From contig CAVPCT010000006.1 of the NCBI GenBank assembly GCA_963702475.1, positions 128,001 through 192,000 on the forward strand: 64,000 nucleotides of DNA. The letters are read 5' to 3'. The translations under genes and the position numbers were made by a program. Shown in pieces: positions 45,410 through 54,806 of this stretch (position 1 is its first letter; the number at the start of each line of letters is the position of its first letter). Source of the DNA: an uncultured Thermoleophilia bacterium (GTDB taxonomy: Bacteria; Actinomycetota; Thermoleophilia; UBA2241). Under the pieces are notes generated by a model. It was given only the letters and a program-made list of their open reading frames with translations, searched no databases and was not told where the DNA came from.

Positions 45410-47918
45410 CTCCTCCGCAAGCGGCGGGGGCGCCCGCGGCGACGCCGATCAGCTCCATCTCCTGCGCGACGAGCTCGTCCGAGAGCTCGTCGCCTGCTGC
45501 CCTCGCGGTGAACATCCGGATGCGCCGGCCTACGCTCGTGCGGTCCACGGCGCACAGGTGCCAGAGCTCAAGCGGGAGCGGCGTGCCCGCGTCGGCGAGC
45601 ACCTCCTCGGCGATCGTGACCTGCTGCACGGCGCTGGCGTCGCCGCTGCGGTACTGGCAGCGGCCTTCAGCGCAGCCGGCGAGGAACACGCCGGCTGCGC
45701 CCAGACGGGCCGCCTCCACGATGTGCATCGCGCTGATCCGCCCCAGGCAGGGCAACTCGATGAGCCGCACGCTCTCGGGATACTTGTCCCGGCGCTGGCC
45801 GGCGAGGCCGATGGCGGCGCCGGCGCACTCTCTGCAGTAGAACCCGACGACCGGCTTATCGACGCCCTGCATCATGGTCGCGATGCGACCGCACAGGGCG
45901 TCGTCGCTCAGGTTGTGGGCGATCGCGACCTCGGGGCAGTTGGCCGCGCAGATGCCGCAGGCGCGGCAGCTCTGGGGGTCGATAACGGCCAGCTTGCCGT
46001 CATCCTTCACCTCGTCAGGCCGCGCCTCCCACGCCGGCCGCTCGACCAGCGTGATCGCGCCGAACGGGCACATGGCGGCGCAGGTGTCGCAGCCCACGCA
46101 GTGGGCGGCATCCACGCGGGACGGGGCCGTGCCCCGGCGTCCCGCCGAGGTGAGGAAGTTGTGGATCTCGCTGGCGACCGCCGAGGCCTCGGTGTTGACC
46201 TCGATGAGCGCCTTGGGCCCGGCGGCGGAGCCGCAGACGAAGATGCCCTCGCCGCTGGTCTCGGTGGCCCTGTTCTTGCGGTCCAGGATCTCCACGAAGC
46301 CGTCCTTGTCGCGGTCGACGCCGAGCGTCTGGCTCAGCACGTCGGTCCCATCGGCCGGGACCATGCCGGTGCTGAGGACCACGAGGTCCGGACGCAGCAC
46401 CCGCTTGCGCGCCGCGGTGACGTCCTCGACCTCGATGACGGGCCGACCGGCGGCGTCCACCTGCACCTCGGGCGGCGTGCCGCGCAGAAACTCCACGCCG
46501 GCGCGCCGCGCGTCCAGGAACCAGTTCTCGTACCCGACGCCCGCGGTGCGCATCTCCAGGTAGCAGATGGTCACCTTCATGGCCGGGAACAGGGTCTTCA
46601 GGCGGATCGCGTGCTTGAGCGCGATCATGCAGCACAGACGCGAGCAGTGCGGCAGGTGACGCTGGTCGCGCGAGCCGGCGCACTGGATCATCACGAGCTC
46701 CTCGACCGGCATGCACCCGAGCGCGGCCTGCGCCGCCCAGTCGTCCATCATCTCGGCGAGCTCGACCTGGGTGACGACGCCGTCCTGCCCGTAGCCGAGG
46801 TAGTCGTAGTACTCGTGCGGCGCGGGCTCGCACCCCGTGGCGGTGAGGACCGCGCCGGCCTTCACCGTCGTCCGCCGCGGCGACTGCCCGAAGTCGATGG
46901 CCTCCACCGGGCACGCGCCTGCGCAGGCGCCACAGAACGTGCAGGTCTCGAGGTCGACGGTGCGGATCACGCGGCCGTCGTAGAACTCCGTGAAGACGGC
47001 CTTGCGTCCGGGCTCAGCGGAATCGACCTCGCACACCGTCTCGCAGGTGCCGCAATTGATGCAGGCGTCGGTGACGATGTTCGGGAGCGTGCGGATGCTC
47101 ACCTGGAAGTCGCCGGGGTGGCCGGTGACCGACTCGACCGTGGAACGGCGGTGCACCAACAGGTTCGGGTGGTCGATGGCGACGTTGCGGTGGAAGCACT
47201 TGCGGGTGCCGGCCTGGGCGTCTGTGGTCGGCAGGCACTGGCCGCAGTCGTTGGTGGGGAACACGGTGCCGATGCGGGCGGCACGGCCGCCGAGGAACGG
47301 CCGCCGCTCGACGAGCTCGACGTGATGTCCCATCTGGGCGAGCTCTACGGCAGCTTGCGTGCCGGCCACGCCGCCGCCAATGACGACGACGGTGTCGCGG
47401 CGCTCGGCGTAACTCATCGTGTCGGCCGGGGCGTCCGGGTAGGCGATAGACGAGTCGACGATGCGCGCTGCCTTGTCGGTGACGGCCACGACGTCGTCGC
47501 CGTGCACCCAGCTGCAGCCCTCGCGGATGTCGGCGATCTCGAGCTGCAGGCCGCGCGTCGTGAGCTTCTGGAAGCGGCGCGCGGCGAAGTCGGCGGAGCA
47601 GCCGGCGAAGACGAGCTGGCGGCCGGGCCTGGCGCCGGTGTGGCCGGGGACTCCGGCTCCGCCCCTGGCCCCGGTCTGGTCGTCAGCCCCGGCGTCCATC
47701 AGCTCGAGCATGCGGGCCTGGCCGACGCGGCTGCACCAGTGGGTGCCGCGGAGCACGTCGGCGTGCAGCGAGGCGTGCCGCTCGAGCCGCTCGAAGTCGA
47801 TGTTGGTCATCGTGCCGGCGCACTCGCAGAGCAGGACGAGCGGGCGGCCGGCGTCGTCGCCGGCAGCCAGGCCGAGGACGGTGCCGGGCGCGGCGCTTCT
47901 ACCTTTCGTGCCACTCAT
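45384..47918 (-). CDS. hdrA: HdrA-MvhD fusion protein
   Basis: LCEC, REGCSWVH, GGGVAG, FPTNDCGQC, CSRLCCMIALK, four ferredoxin motifs, C-terminal MvhD domain (FYCRECA, LPCLG, GCAEGRCQY). Confidence 0.88.
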   Translation of the reverse strand: MSGTKGRSAAPGTVLGLAAGDDAGRPLVLLCECAGTMTNIDFERLERHASLHADVLRGTHWCSRVGQARMLELMDAGADDQTGARGGAGVPGHTGARPGRQLVFAGCSADFAARRFQKLTTRGLQLEIADIREGCSWVHGDDVVAVTDKAARIVDSSIAYPDAPADTMSYAERRDTVVVIGGGVAGTQAAVELAQMGHHVELVERRPFLGGRAARIGTVFPTNDCGQCLPTTDAQAGTRKCFHRNVAIDHPNLLVHRRSTVESVTGHPGDFQVSIRTLPNIVTDACINCGTCETVCEVDSAEPGRKAVFTEFYDGRVIRTVDLETCTFCGACAGACPVEAIDFGQSPRRTTVKAGAVLTATGCEPAPHEYYDYLGYGQDGVVTQVELAEMMDDWAAQAALGCMPVEELVMIQCAGSRDQRHLPHCSRLCCMIALKHAIRLKTLFPAMKVTICYLEMRTAGVGYENWFLDARRAGVEFLRGTPPEVQVDAAGRPVIEVEDVTAARKRVLRPDLVVLSTGMVPADGTDVLSQTLGVDRDKDGFVEILDRKNRATETSGEGIFVCGSAAGPKALIEVNTEASAVASEIHNFLTSAGRRGTAPSRVDAAHCVGCDTCAAMCPFGAITLVERPAWEARPDEVKDDGKLAVIDPQSCRACGICAANCPEVAIAHNLSDDALCGRIATMMQGVDKPVVGFYCRECAGAAIGLAGQRRDKYPESVRLIELPCLGRISAMHIVEAARLGAAGVFLAGCAEGRCQYRSGDASAVQQVTIAEEVLADAGTPLPLELWHLCAVDRTSVGRRIRMFTARAAGDELSDELVAQEMELIGVAAGAPAACGGGEPCGRGR

Positions 47919-48364
47919 GCGCTCGCCCCCTCGGCCGCGACGGCGGGCGGGGCCGATCCGCCCGCGGCGTCCGCCCGCGGCGGCCGCGCCTCGATGGCGC
48001 CGGCCGGGCAGGTGCGGGCGCAGGTGCCGCAGCCGAGGCACCTCGCGTCGTCGTACACGATGGTGCGGAACACGGTGACGCGCTCCGGCACCTCGACGGG
48101 GTCGTCGGGCTCGTGGCGCATCAGGACGCGCAAGGCGGCGCCCAGCTCGCCGCGGCGGCTACCCTCCGGCGCCTCGAGGAGCTGGCGCACGTCGAAGAAG
48201 TCGCCACGCTCGGAGGCGCCGCTCGGGCAGTTCTTGGCACAGGCGCCGCAGCCTACGCAGAGCTCTTCGTGGCGGACGATGTCGCAGCCGACGCCGGCCG
48301 TGCTCCCCAGGTGCCCGCCGGGCACGCGGCCGAGGATCTCGCGCCCTCGCTGCGTGAGCGGCAT
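47915..48364 (-). CDS. 2x[4Fe-4S] ferredoxin with a long insert between the cluster motifs
   Basis: CVGCGACAKNCP and CLGCGTCARTCP; translationally coupled on both sides. Confidence 0.85.
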   Translation of the reverse strand: MPLTQRGREILGRVPGGHLGSTAGVGCDIVRHEELCVGCGACAKNCPSGASERGDFFDVRQLLEAPEGSRRGELGAALRVLMRHEPDDPVEVPERVTVFRTIVYDDARCLGCGTCARTCPAGAIEARPPRADAAGGSAPPAVAAEGASA

Positions 48365-48822
48365 CAGGCAGCCCCCCTCGTCGCGGCGAGCAGGTCCGGT
48401 GATGGCGACGCGTCGCCGGTCGATCGCGGCAGGGGCGGCAGCCCGCCGATCACCCGGTCCATTTCCCGCACGGCGGCCACGAACTTGGGCGGCTCGCCTG
48501 CGCTCATCGTGAACATGCGACAGCGCTCGGGCTCCACGCCGACGCTCTTCAGCAGGCGCTGCACGAAGGCCACGCGGTCGACGGCGTTGAAGTTGCCCTC
48601 GCGGTAGTGACACTGGCCCAGCAGGCAGCCTGCGACCATGACGCCGTCGGCACACTCCGCGAGCGCCTTGAGCAGGTGCAGCGGGCTGACGCGACCGGTG
48701 CACGGCATCAGCACGAGGCGCACCGTCGGCGGCAGCGGCGTGCGCGCGTTGGCGCTCGCGTCGGCCGCCGCGTAGGCGCACTCCCGGCAGCAGAAGGCGA
48801 CGATGGTGCGGTCCTCACCCAT
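48364..48822 (-). CDS. mvhD: MvhD/FlpD [2Fe-2S] subunit
   Basis: FCCRECAY, MPCTGR, GCLLGQCHY, MSAGE. Confidence 0.9.
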   Translation of the reverse strand: MGEDRTIVAFCCRECAYAAADASANARTPLPPTVRLVLMPCTGRVSPLHLLKALAECADGVMVAGCLLGQCHYREGNFNAVDRVAFVQRLLKSVGVEPERCRMFTMSAGEPPKFVAAVREMDRVIGGLPPLPRSTGDASPSPDLLAATRGAA

Positions 48823-51800
48823 CAGACGGTCGCCTCCGCCAACACCTCGGCGTCGCTGAACCCGCCGAGCTGCATCGCCCCCGTGGGGCACTCGGCGGCG
48901 CAGATGCCGCAGCCGCGGCAGATGTTGGGGTCGACGGCCGAGTGCGCGTCGGCTCCCACCGTGATGGTGATCGCCGTCTGCGGGCAGGCGGTCTCGCACA
49001 CACCGCAGGCGACGCAGACGTCCACGTCGCTCGAGGCCACCTGGGCAGGCGTCATCGCGAAGCCCGTGCTGAGCATGCTGATCGCACGGGCGGCCGCGGC
49101 CTTCGCCTGGGCGATGGACTCGGGGATCGTCTTGGGACCCTGGGCGGTGCCGCACAGGAACATGCCCGTCCGCTGCGTGTCGACGGGAGCCAGCTTGGGG
49201 TGGAACTCGCGGATGAAGCCGGCGGCCGCGGTCTGGACGCCGGCGACGCGGGCGATGTCCTGCGTCCCCTTGGAGCCCTCGAGGCCGGCGGAGAGCACGA
49301 CGAGGTCGTACTGCTCCTCGCTCTTGGTGCCGGTCATCGTGTTCTCCATGCGCACGGTGAGGCTGCCGTCGAGTTCCTCGAGGATCTCGCCAATGCGGCC
49401 GCGCACGTAGCGAACGCCGCGCTCCTGCACGAGGCGGTAGTACTCCTCGTGCGCCTTGCCCGGCGTGCGCATGTCCGTGTAGCCGATGGTGACCTCGGCG
49501 TCCGGGTAGTGCTGCTTGATCAGCGAGCTGTGCAGCGTGGCGAACAGGCAGCAGATGGCCGAGCAGTGCTCGTTGCCGCTGCTGGTGCAGTCGCGCGAAC
49601 CGACGCACTGGAGCATGAAGATGCGCTTGGGCGTCTCGCCGTCCGAGGGGCGCTTGAGCTCGCCCGCGGTCGGCCCGGAGGCCGAGAGCAGACGGGCGAG
49701 CTGGCTCTGCGTGAGCACGTTCTTGAAGCGGCCGTAGCCGAGCGGCAGCTTGCGCGTGGCGTCGAACTCCTGATGGCCGGTGGCCAGGATGATGGCGCCG
49801 ACGGTGAGGTCTTCGTCCCAGGGCTGCTGGTCGAAGTCGATGGCGTCGGCGGGGCACGCCGCGATGCACGACTTGCAGTCGGAGCACACGGCGCAGTCGA
49901 GGCAGCGCTCGGCCTCGGCGCGGACGTCCTCCTCGCTGAAGCCGAGGCGCACCTCCTCCCAGCCCTTGCGCCGGGTGACGCCGTCCAGGGTCTTCATGAT
50001 GCGCCGTGCCTGTGGCTCGAGGGGCTCGAGCTCGGTATGCGGGATCTTGACCTTGTCGGCCTCGCTGTCCCACACCGGGAGGAGCTGCTCGCCGCGCAGG
50101 AAGTTGTGGATGGCGCGGGCGCCACGGCGGCCGGCGGCGATCGCCTCGATGGCCGTCCAGGGGCCCATGGCGGCCGCGTCGCCGCCGGCGAACACGCCGG
50201 TGCGGCCGGTCATCATCGTGTCGGTGTCCACCTGGATCTGGCCGCGCTCCACGGAGACGTCGTCGGCGCCTGCGAGGAAGTCGTCCACGATGGCCTGGCC
50301 GACGGCGAAGATCACCGTGTCGGCCTCGAGCTCGACGAAGTCGCCCTCGACGGGGACGGGCGGGCGCCAGCCGCGCTCATTGGGCTCGCCCAGGGTGCAG
50401 CGCTGGAACTTGACGCCGGTCGCCGTGCCGCCCGCGCCGAGGATCTCGACGGGCATGAGCGAGTACTCGACGGTGACCTGCTCCTCCTTGCCCTCCTCGA
50501 TCTCCTCGGACGAGGCCGGCGCCGTGCGCTCGTCCTCGATGCAGGCGAGGGTGACCTCGTCGGCGCCGCAGCGGAACGCCGTGCGGCCGGCGTCGTAGGC
50601 CACATCGCCGCCGCCGACCACGACCACGCGCTTGCCGGTCTTCGGGTCCTCGCCGAGCGCCTGCGCGCGCAGGAACTCGACGGCGAGCACGACGCCGTGC
50701 TGATCGAGGCCGTCGATCGGCAGGTCCTTGCTCTGGTGCAGGCCGGTCGCGAGCAAGACGGCCTTGTAGCCGTCGGCGAACAGCGAGTTGACGGTGAAGT
50801 CCGCGCCGCAGCGCACTCCGGTCTTGAGCTCGACGCCGAGGGCCGTGATGCGGTCGATCTCGCCCTGCAGCGCCGGGCGCGGCAGGCGGTACTCGGGGAT
50901 GCCGACACGCAGCATGCCGCCGGCGACCGGAAGAGCCTCGAAGACGGTCGCCTTGTAGCCGAACTGCGCCAGCTCGCGGGCGGCGGTGAGCCCCGCGGGG
51001 CCGCCGCCGACGATCGCGACCGGCTCGTCGTAGAACACGGGCAGCGGCGCGGGCGGCTCCGCCGGCGCGCCGTGGTCGGCGACGAACCGCTTGATGCCGG
51101 CGATGGCGATGGGCTCGTCCACGTTGCCGCGCGTGCACTCGGTCTCGCACACGTGCGTGCAGATGCGGCCGCACACGCTCGGGAAGGGGTTCGGCTCGCC
51201 GGCGACCCGGTAGGCCTCCTCGTAGCGGCCCTTGGCCACCAGCGCCACGTAGCCGTGAGCCGAGGTGTGCACCGGGCAGGTGGTCTTGCACGGGCTCCAG
51301 CCCTTGCGGTCGACGGCGAACGTCGCCGGGACGGCGTTGGCGAACGGCCTGGAGATGGCCGTGCGCTCGCTGACGCCGAAGTCGTACTCGTTGGGATAGG
51401 TCACCGGACATACGGCGGCGCACTCGCCGCAGCCGACGCACTTCTCGTTCACGTAGCGTGCGCGGTGCCGAACGGTCACGTTGAACTCGCCGGGCGGTCC
51501 GGTGACCGAGGTGACGTCCGACAGCGCGTGGATGTGGATGCGGCTGTTGGTGGCCGCGCCGGTCAGGCGGGGAGCGAGGCTGCACATGGCGCAGTCCTCG
51601 GTCGGGAAGGTCTTGCTCAGCCGGGACATGTAGCCGCCGATGCTCTGCTGACGCTCGACGAGATGGACCTCGATGCCTGCGGCGGCGAGCTCCTCGGCGG
51701 CGGAGATGCCGGCGATGCCGCCGCCAACGACCAGGACCGAGCGGTTGAGGAACGTGCGCCGGCGTGGCAGGTCGCTCATGTGCTGCAGGCGGGCGACGGC

Positions 51801-52163
51801 GCCCTCGACGATCTTCTTCGCCTTGGCCTGCGCCCGCTCGGGCTCGTGCGCGTGCACGTAGGAGCAGCCCTCGCGGATGTTGCCGAAGGCCACGGAGTTC
51901 TCGCCCAGCCTGAGCTCGCGAGCGATGCGCTCGAAGGTGGGTCCCTGGAAGCGCGGCGAGCACGAGGCGATGACGAAGTGGTCGAGGCCGCGCTCTTCAA
52001 CAGCCTTCTCGATCATCGCGCGGCCTTCGGTGCCACACATGAACTGGTTGACGTTGACCTCGACGACCCCGTCGAGGGAACGCACGTGGTCGGCCAGCGG
52101 CTCGAGGTCCACGACGCCGCTGATGTTGCCGCCACACTCGCAGAGGAAGACCCCGGCCCTCAT
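48822..52163 (-). CDS. hdrA: HdrL-type large HdrA with an inserted GltD/NfnB-like NAD(P)H-binding module
   Basis: HdrA N- and C-terminal parts flank PCKTTCP...CGRICTHVCE...GGGPAG...GGMLRVGIP...GGGDVA...FAGGD...EAERCLDC. Confidence 0.9.
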   Translation of the reverse strand: MRAGVFLCECGGNISGVVDLEPLADHVRSLDGVVEVNVNQFMCGTEGRAMIEKAVEERGLDHFVIASCSPRFQGPTFERIARELRLGENSVAFGNIREGCSYVHAHEPERAQAKAKKIVEGAVARLQHMSDLPRRRTFLNRSVLVVGGGIAGISAAEELAAAGIEVHLVERQQSIGGYMSRLSKTFPTEDCAMCSLAPRLTGAATNSRIHIHALSDVTSVTGPPGEFNVTVRHRARYVNEKCVGCGECAAVCPVTYPNEYDFGVSERTAISRPFANAVPATFAVDRKGWSPCKTTCPVHTSAHGYVALVAKGRYEEAYRVAGEPNPFPSVCGRICTHVCETECTRGNVDEPIAIAGIKRFVADHGAPAEPPAPLPVFYDEPVAIVGGGPAGLTAARELAQFGYKATVFEALPVAGGMLRVGIPEYRLPRPALQGEIDRITALGVELKTGVRCGADFTVNSLFADGYKAVLLATGLHQSKDLPIDGLDQHGVVLAVEFLRAQALGEDPKTGKRVVVVGGGDVAYDAGRTAFRCGADEVTLACIEDERTAPASSEEIEEGKEEQVTVEYSLMPVEILGAGGTATGVKFQRCTLGEPNERGWRPPVPVEGDFVELEADTVIFAVGQAIVDDFLAGADDVSVERGQIQVDTDTMMTGRTGVFAGGDAAAMGPWTAIEAIAAGRRGARAIHNFLRGEQLLPVWDSEADKVKIPHTELEPLEPQARRIMKTLDGVTRRKGWEEVRLGFSEEDVRAEAERCLDCAVCSDCKSCIAACPADAIDFDQQPWDEDLTVGAIILATGHQEFDATRKLPLGYGRFKNVLTQSQLARLLSASGPTAGELKRPSDGETPKRIFMLQCVGSRDCTSSGNEHCSAICCLFATLHSSLIKQHYPDAEVTIGYTDMRTPGKAHEEYYRLVQERGVRYVRGRIGEILEELDGSLTVRMENTMTGTKSEEQYDLVVLSAGLEGSKGTQDIARVAGVQTAAAGFIREFHPKLAPVDTQRTGMFLCGTAQGPKTIPESIAQAKAAAARAISMLSTGFAMTPAQVASSDVDVCVACGVCETACPQTAITITVGADAHSAVDPNICRGCGICAAECPTGAMQLGGFSDAEVLAEATV

Positions 52164-53134
52164 CGCGCACCTCCGGTCGTGGCGGGCCGGCGGGCGCCGA
52201 TGCGCTCCAGGAAGGGCTCGACATCCTGGGAGTGCGTCTGGACCCCGACCACCGTCTCGGGGTCGGCGCCGAGCGCCAGCGCGAGGAGTTGCTGCACGTG
52301 CAGGTGGATGAAGGGGAACTCCTCGCCGGTGCTTTCAGAGATGATGTCGCTGTAGCGGTCGAACTGGACGTGGCAGTTGGGGCACATGTGCACGAGGACG
52401 TCGACGTTCTCCTCGTGCAGCCGGTGCAGCTTCTTCTGCGTCACCCCGACCGAGATCGACGGGTTGACGAACCGGTTGCGAAAGCCGGCTCCGCAGTGCG
52501 TCTGCTTCTCGTTGTACGCGCCGGTGCACTCCACGCCTGCGGGGATCAGCATCTCCTCGGGCACCATGAAGTTCTCGTTGTTGCCGAGCGTCTCGTCCGG
52601 GAAGACTTTGCAGTAGTGGCAGGCTGGGTGCGTCGCGACCTTGATACCGTCGAGCCGCCGCCGCACCAGCTCGGGAACGCTCCGGTGCGCCCCCCAGAGG
52701 ATCTCCAGGGTGTGCTTGTGCTGCACGGTCCCGGCCACGCGGTCGTCGTACTCGCGCCCGACCTTGGCCAGCACCGCGTTGGTGTCGGCTCGGTACCCGG
52801 GCACGCCGAGGATGTTGCGCGCCTTCTTGTTGATGGCGTAGCAGGTGGAGCACAGGTAGGTCATGACCGGGTGCCCGTCGTCGACCACCACGCAGGCGTT
52901 GCGCGCGGCGATGCCCACCGTCGTCTGGATGGGCATGAGGTCGGAGTAGTAGCCCAGACCGGTGCAGCACGTCTGCTCTGGGTTGACGGTGTACTCGATG
53001 CCGAAGCGCTCGAAGAGCCACTTCGTGGACGACTCCACCCCCGGGTACTCGGCGGAGACGAGGCAGCTGCGGAACAACGTCACGCCTCCGTCGACGCGGG
53101 GCACGTCGGGAGTGCTCGTGTAGCGTTTCGTCAT
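52160..53134 (-). CDS. hdrB: Heterodisulfide reductase subunit B
   Basis: FRSC, QTCCTG, LCSTC, HPACHYC, HCGAG, HMCPNC, QFD. Confidence 0.88.
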   Translation of the reverse strand: MTKRYTSTPDVPRVDGGVTLFRSCLVSAEYPGVESSTKWLFERFGIEYTVNPEQTCCTGLGYYSDLMPIQTTVGIAARNACVVVDDGHPVMTYLCSTCYAINKKARNILGVPGYRADTNAVLAKVGREYDDRVAGTVQHKHTLEILWGAHRSVPELVRRRLDGIKVATHPACHYCKVFPDETLGNNENFMVPEEMLIPAGVECTGAYNEKQTHCGAGFRNRFVNPSISVGVTQKKLHRLHEENVDVLVHMCPNCHVQFDRYSDIISESTGEEFPFIHLHVQQLLALALGADPETVVGVQTHSQDVEPFLERIGARRPATTGGAR

Positions 53135-53361
53135 GGCTTCCCTCGCAGTCGTTCGGCGTCTGGTGCCTATTGTCCATAAGAAAAAGTATTCCTGCAAATG
53201 TATATCACTTATGATTGAGCCGGCACGCATAACACGCCCGCCACGGGGGCGGGAGCTACGGCAGGTTATGCGAGGGCCTGTTCCGGGCAGGATTTGAAGC
53301 GAGTAAGGCACCCTGTGGCGCCCGTAGCGGTGGGTCGTCACTCCGTACCGAGGGAGGACCG

Positions 53362-53592
53362 ATGGGCCAAGTCCGCCCGCTTGCCAAGGCCGACACGAGC
53401 GACGCGTCAACCATTCCGCCGGCGGCCGTGCGTTCCATCGACAGCGTGCAGTGCGGCCTTTGCGGCGCGCCGTTGAGCGTCCGCTCCCTGCGCTACCACG
53501 TGGTCTCTCCGCAGGCCACCGACGCTGCGCTGACGGTGTGCCACACGTGCCACCGCGCGGCGCTCGGCGAGGGATACAGACCGGCCCACTGA
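53362..53592 (+). CDS. Small putative zinc-ribbon protein (76 aa)
   Basis: GGAGG RBS; CGLC...CHTC. Confidence 0.6.
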   Translation: MGQVRPLAKADTSDASTIPPAAVRSIDSVQCGLCGAPLSVRSLRYHVVSPQATDAALTVCHTCHRAALGEGYRPAH

Positions 53593-53769
53593 CGGAGTCC
53601 CGGCCGGCCCCGGTCGCCCCCTTCTCGTGTGCGTCAGACCGTCGTTTCCGCGGTGGTCGTCGCTGCCGCGTTCGGTGACGGGCGTCCCCGGCGAACGAGC
53701 CTCCCGGCGCCCGTTTGCTAGAATACTTGACTTCAGGAGCCTCTCGCCCACCCCGACCCGAGGACGACT

Positions 53770-54795
53770 ATGCGCCTACTCGACGCCTGCGCCCGCCGTC
53801 CCGTCGACGCGACGCCCGTGTGGCTCATGCGCCAGGCGGGGCGCTACCTCCCTGAGTACCGTGCCATCCGCGAGAAGCTCTCCTTCGTCGAGATGTGCAT
53901 GCGCCCCGATGTGGCCGCCGAGGTCACCCTTCAGCCGCTGCGCCGCTTCGACCTGGACGCCGCCATCATATTCGCCGACATCCTGCTGCCCCTGGAGCCC
54001 ATGGGCATCGGCTTCCACTTCACGCCCGAGGACGGGCCGGTCATCGAGAAGCCGGTGCGCTCCGCCGCCGACCTCGAGGGCGTGCACACCATCGACGCGG
54101 CCTCCGACCTGCAGTACGTCATGGAGTCCCTTCGCCTGGTGCGGCACGAGCTCGACGGCCGCGTGCCGCTCATAGGGTTCTCCGGAGCCCCGTTCACCCT
54201 GGCCAGCTACATCGTCGAGGGTGGCCACTCGCGCAACTACACGCACGTCAAGAAGCTCATGTACGAGGACCCGACCACGTTCGACAGGCTGATGACCCTC
54301 ATCTCGGATGTCGTCGTGCACTACCTCCTGGCGCAGATCGCCGCCGGGGCCCAGGTCGTGCAGCTGTTCGACAGCTGGGTCGGCTGGCTGGGCCCCTACG
54401 ACTACGAGCATCTGGTGTTGCCGCACGTGCATCGCGTCGTGGAGCAGGTCAAGGGCAAGGGGGCGCCGGTCATCTACTTCGGCAACGGCGCCTCCGGCAT
54501 GCTGCATCACGTCGCCACCGTGCCCAGCGACGTCATCGGTGTGGACTGGCGCATCGACATCGACCGCGCCTGGGAGCAGCTCGGCGACGTGGCCGTGCAG
54601 GGCAACCTGGACCCCATCACCCTGCTGGGTCCGCCGAGTGCCATCGAGGAGCGCGTGGCCGACATCATCGCGCGGATCGGCGGGCGTCCCGGCCACATCT
54701 TCAATCTGGGGCACGGCCTGGTGCCGCAGACGCCGCCGGACAATGTCAAGTACGTCATCGACGCGGTGCACCGCCTCAGCGCCGCGGCCGGGTGA
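53770..54795 (+). CDS. hemE: Uroporphyrinogen decarboxylase
   Basis: WLMRQAGRYLPEY, IFADIL, QLFDSW, QGNLDP, NLGHG. Confidence 0.96.
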   Translation: MRLLDACARRPVDATPVWLMRQAGRYLPEYRAIREKLSFVEMCMRPDVAAEVTLQPLRRFDLDAAIIFADILLPLEPMGIGFHFTPEDGPVIEKPVRSAADLEGVHTIDAASDLQYVMESLRLVRHELDGRVPLIGFSGAPFTLASYIVEGGHSRNYTHVKKLMYEDPTTFDRLMTLISDVVVHYLLAQIAAGAQVVQLFDSWVGWLGPYDYEHLVLPHVHRVVEQVKGKGAPVIYFGNGASGMLHHVATVPSDVIGVDWRIDIDRAWEQLGDVAVQGNLDPITLLGPPSAIEERVADIIARIGGRPGHIFNLGHGLVPQTPPDNVKYVIDAVHRLSAAAG

Positions 54796-54806
54796 GGCGG
54801 CGCGGC

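Noticed and set aside
45321-52355. Very long plus-strand ORFs (1063 and 1137 aa) antisense to the hdr genes, and many similar overlapping ORFs across the window
   Set aside because: Shadow ORFs expected from high-GC codon bias; no recognisable motifs; they fully overlap well-supported genes.
28796-53134. Selenocysteine recoding in HdrA, MvhD or MvhA
   Set aside because: The positions that carry Sec in some homologues are Cys codons here, and no in-frame TGA interrupts these genes.
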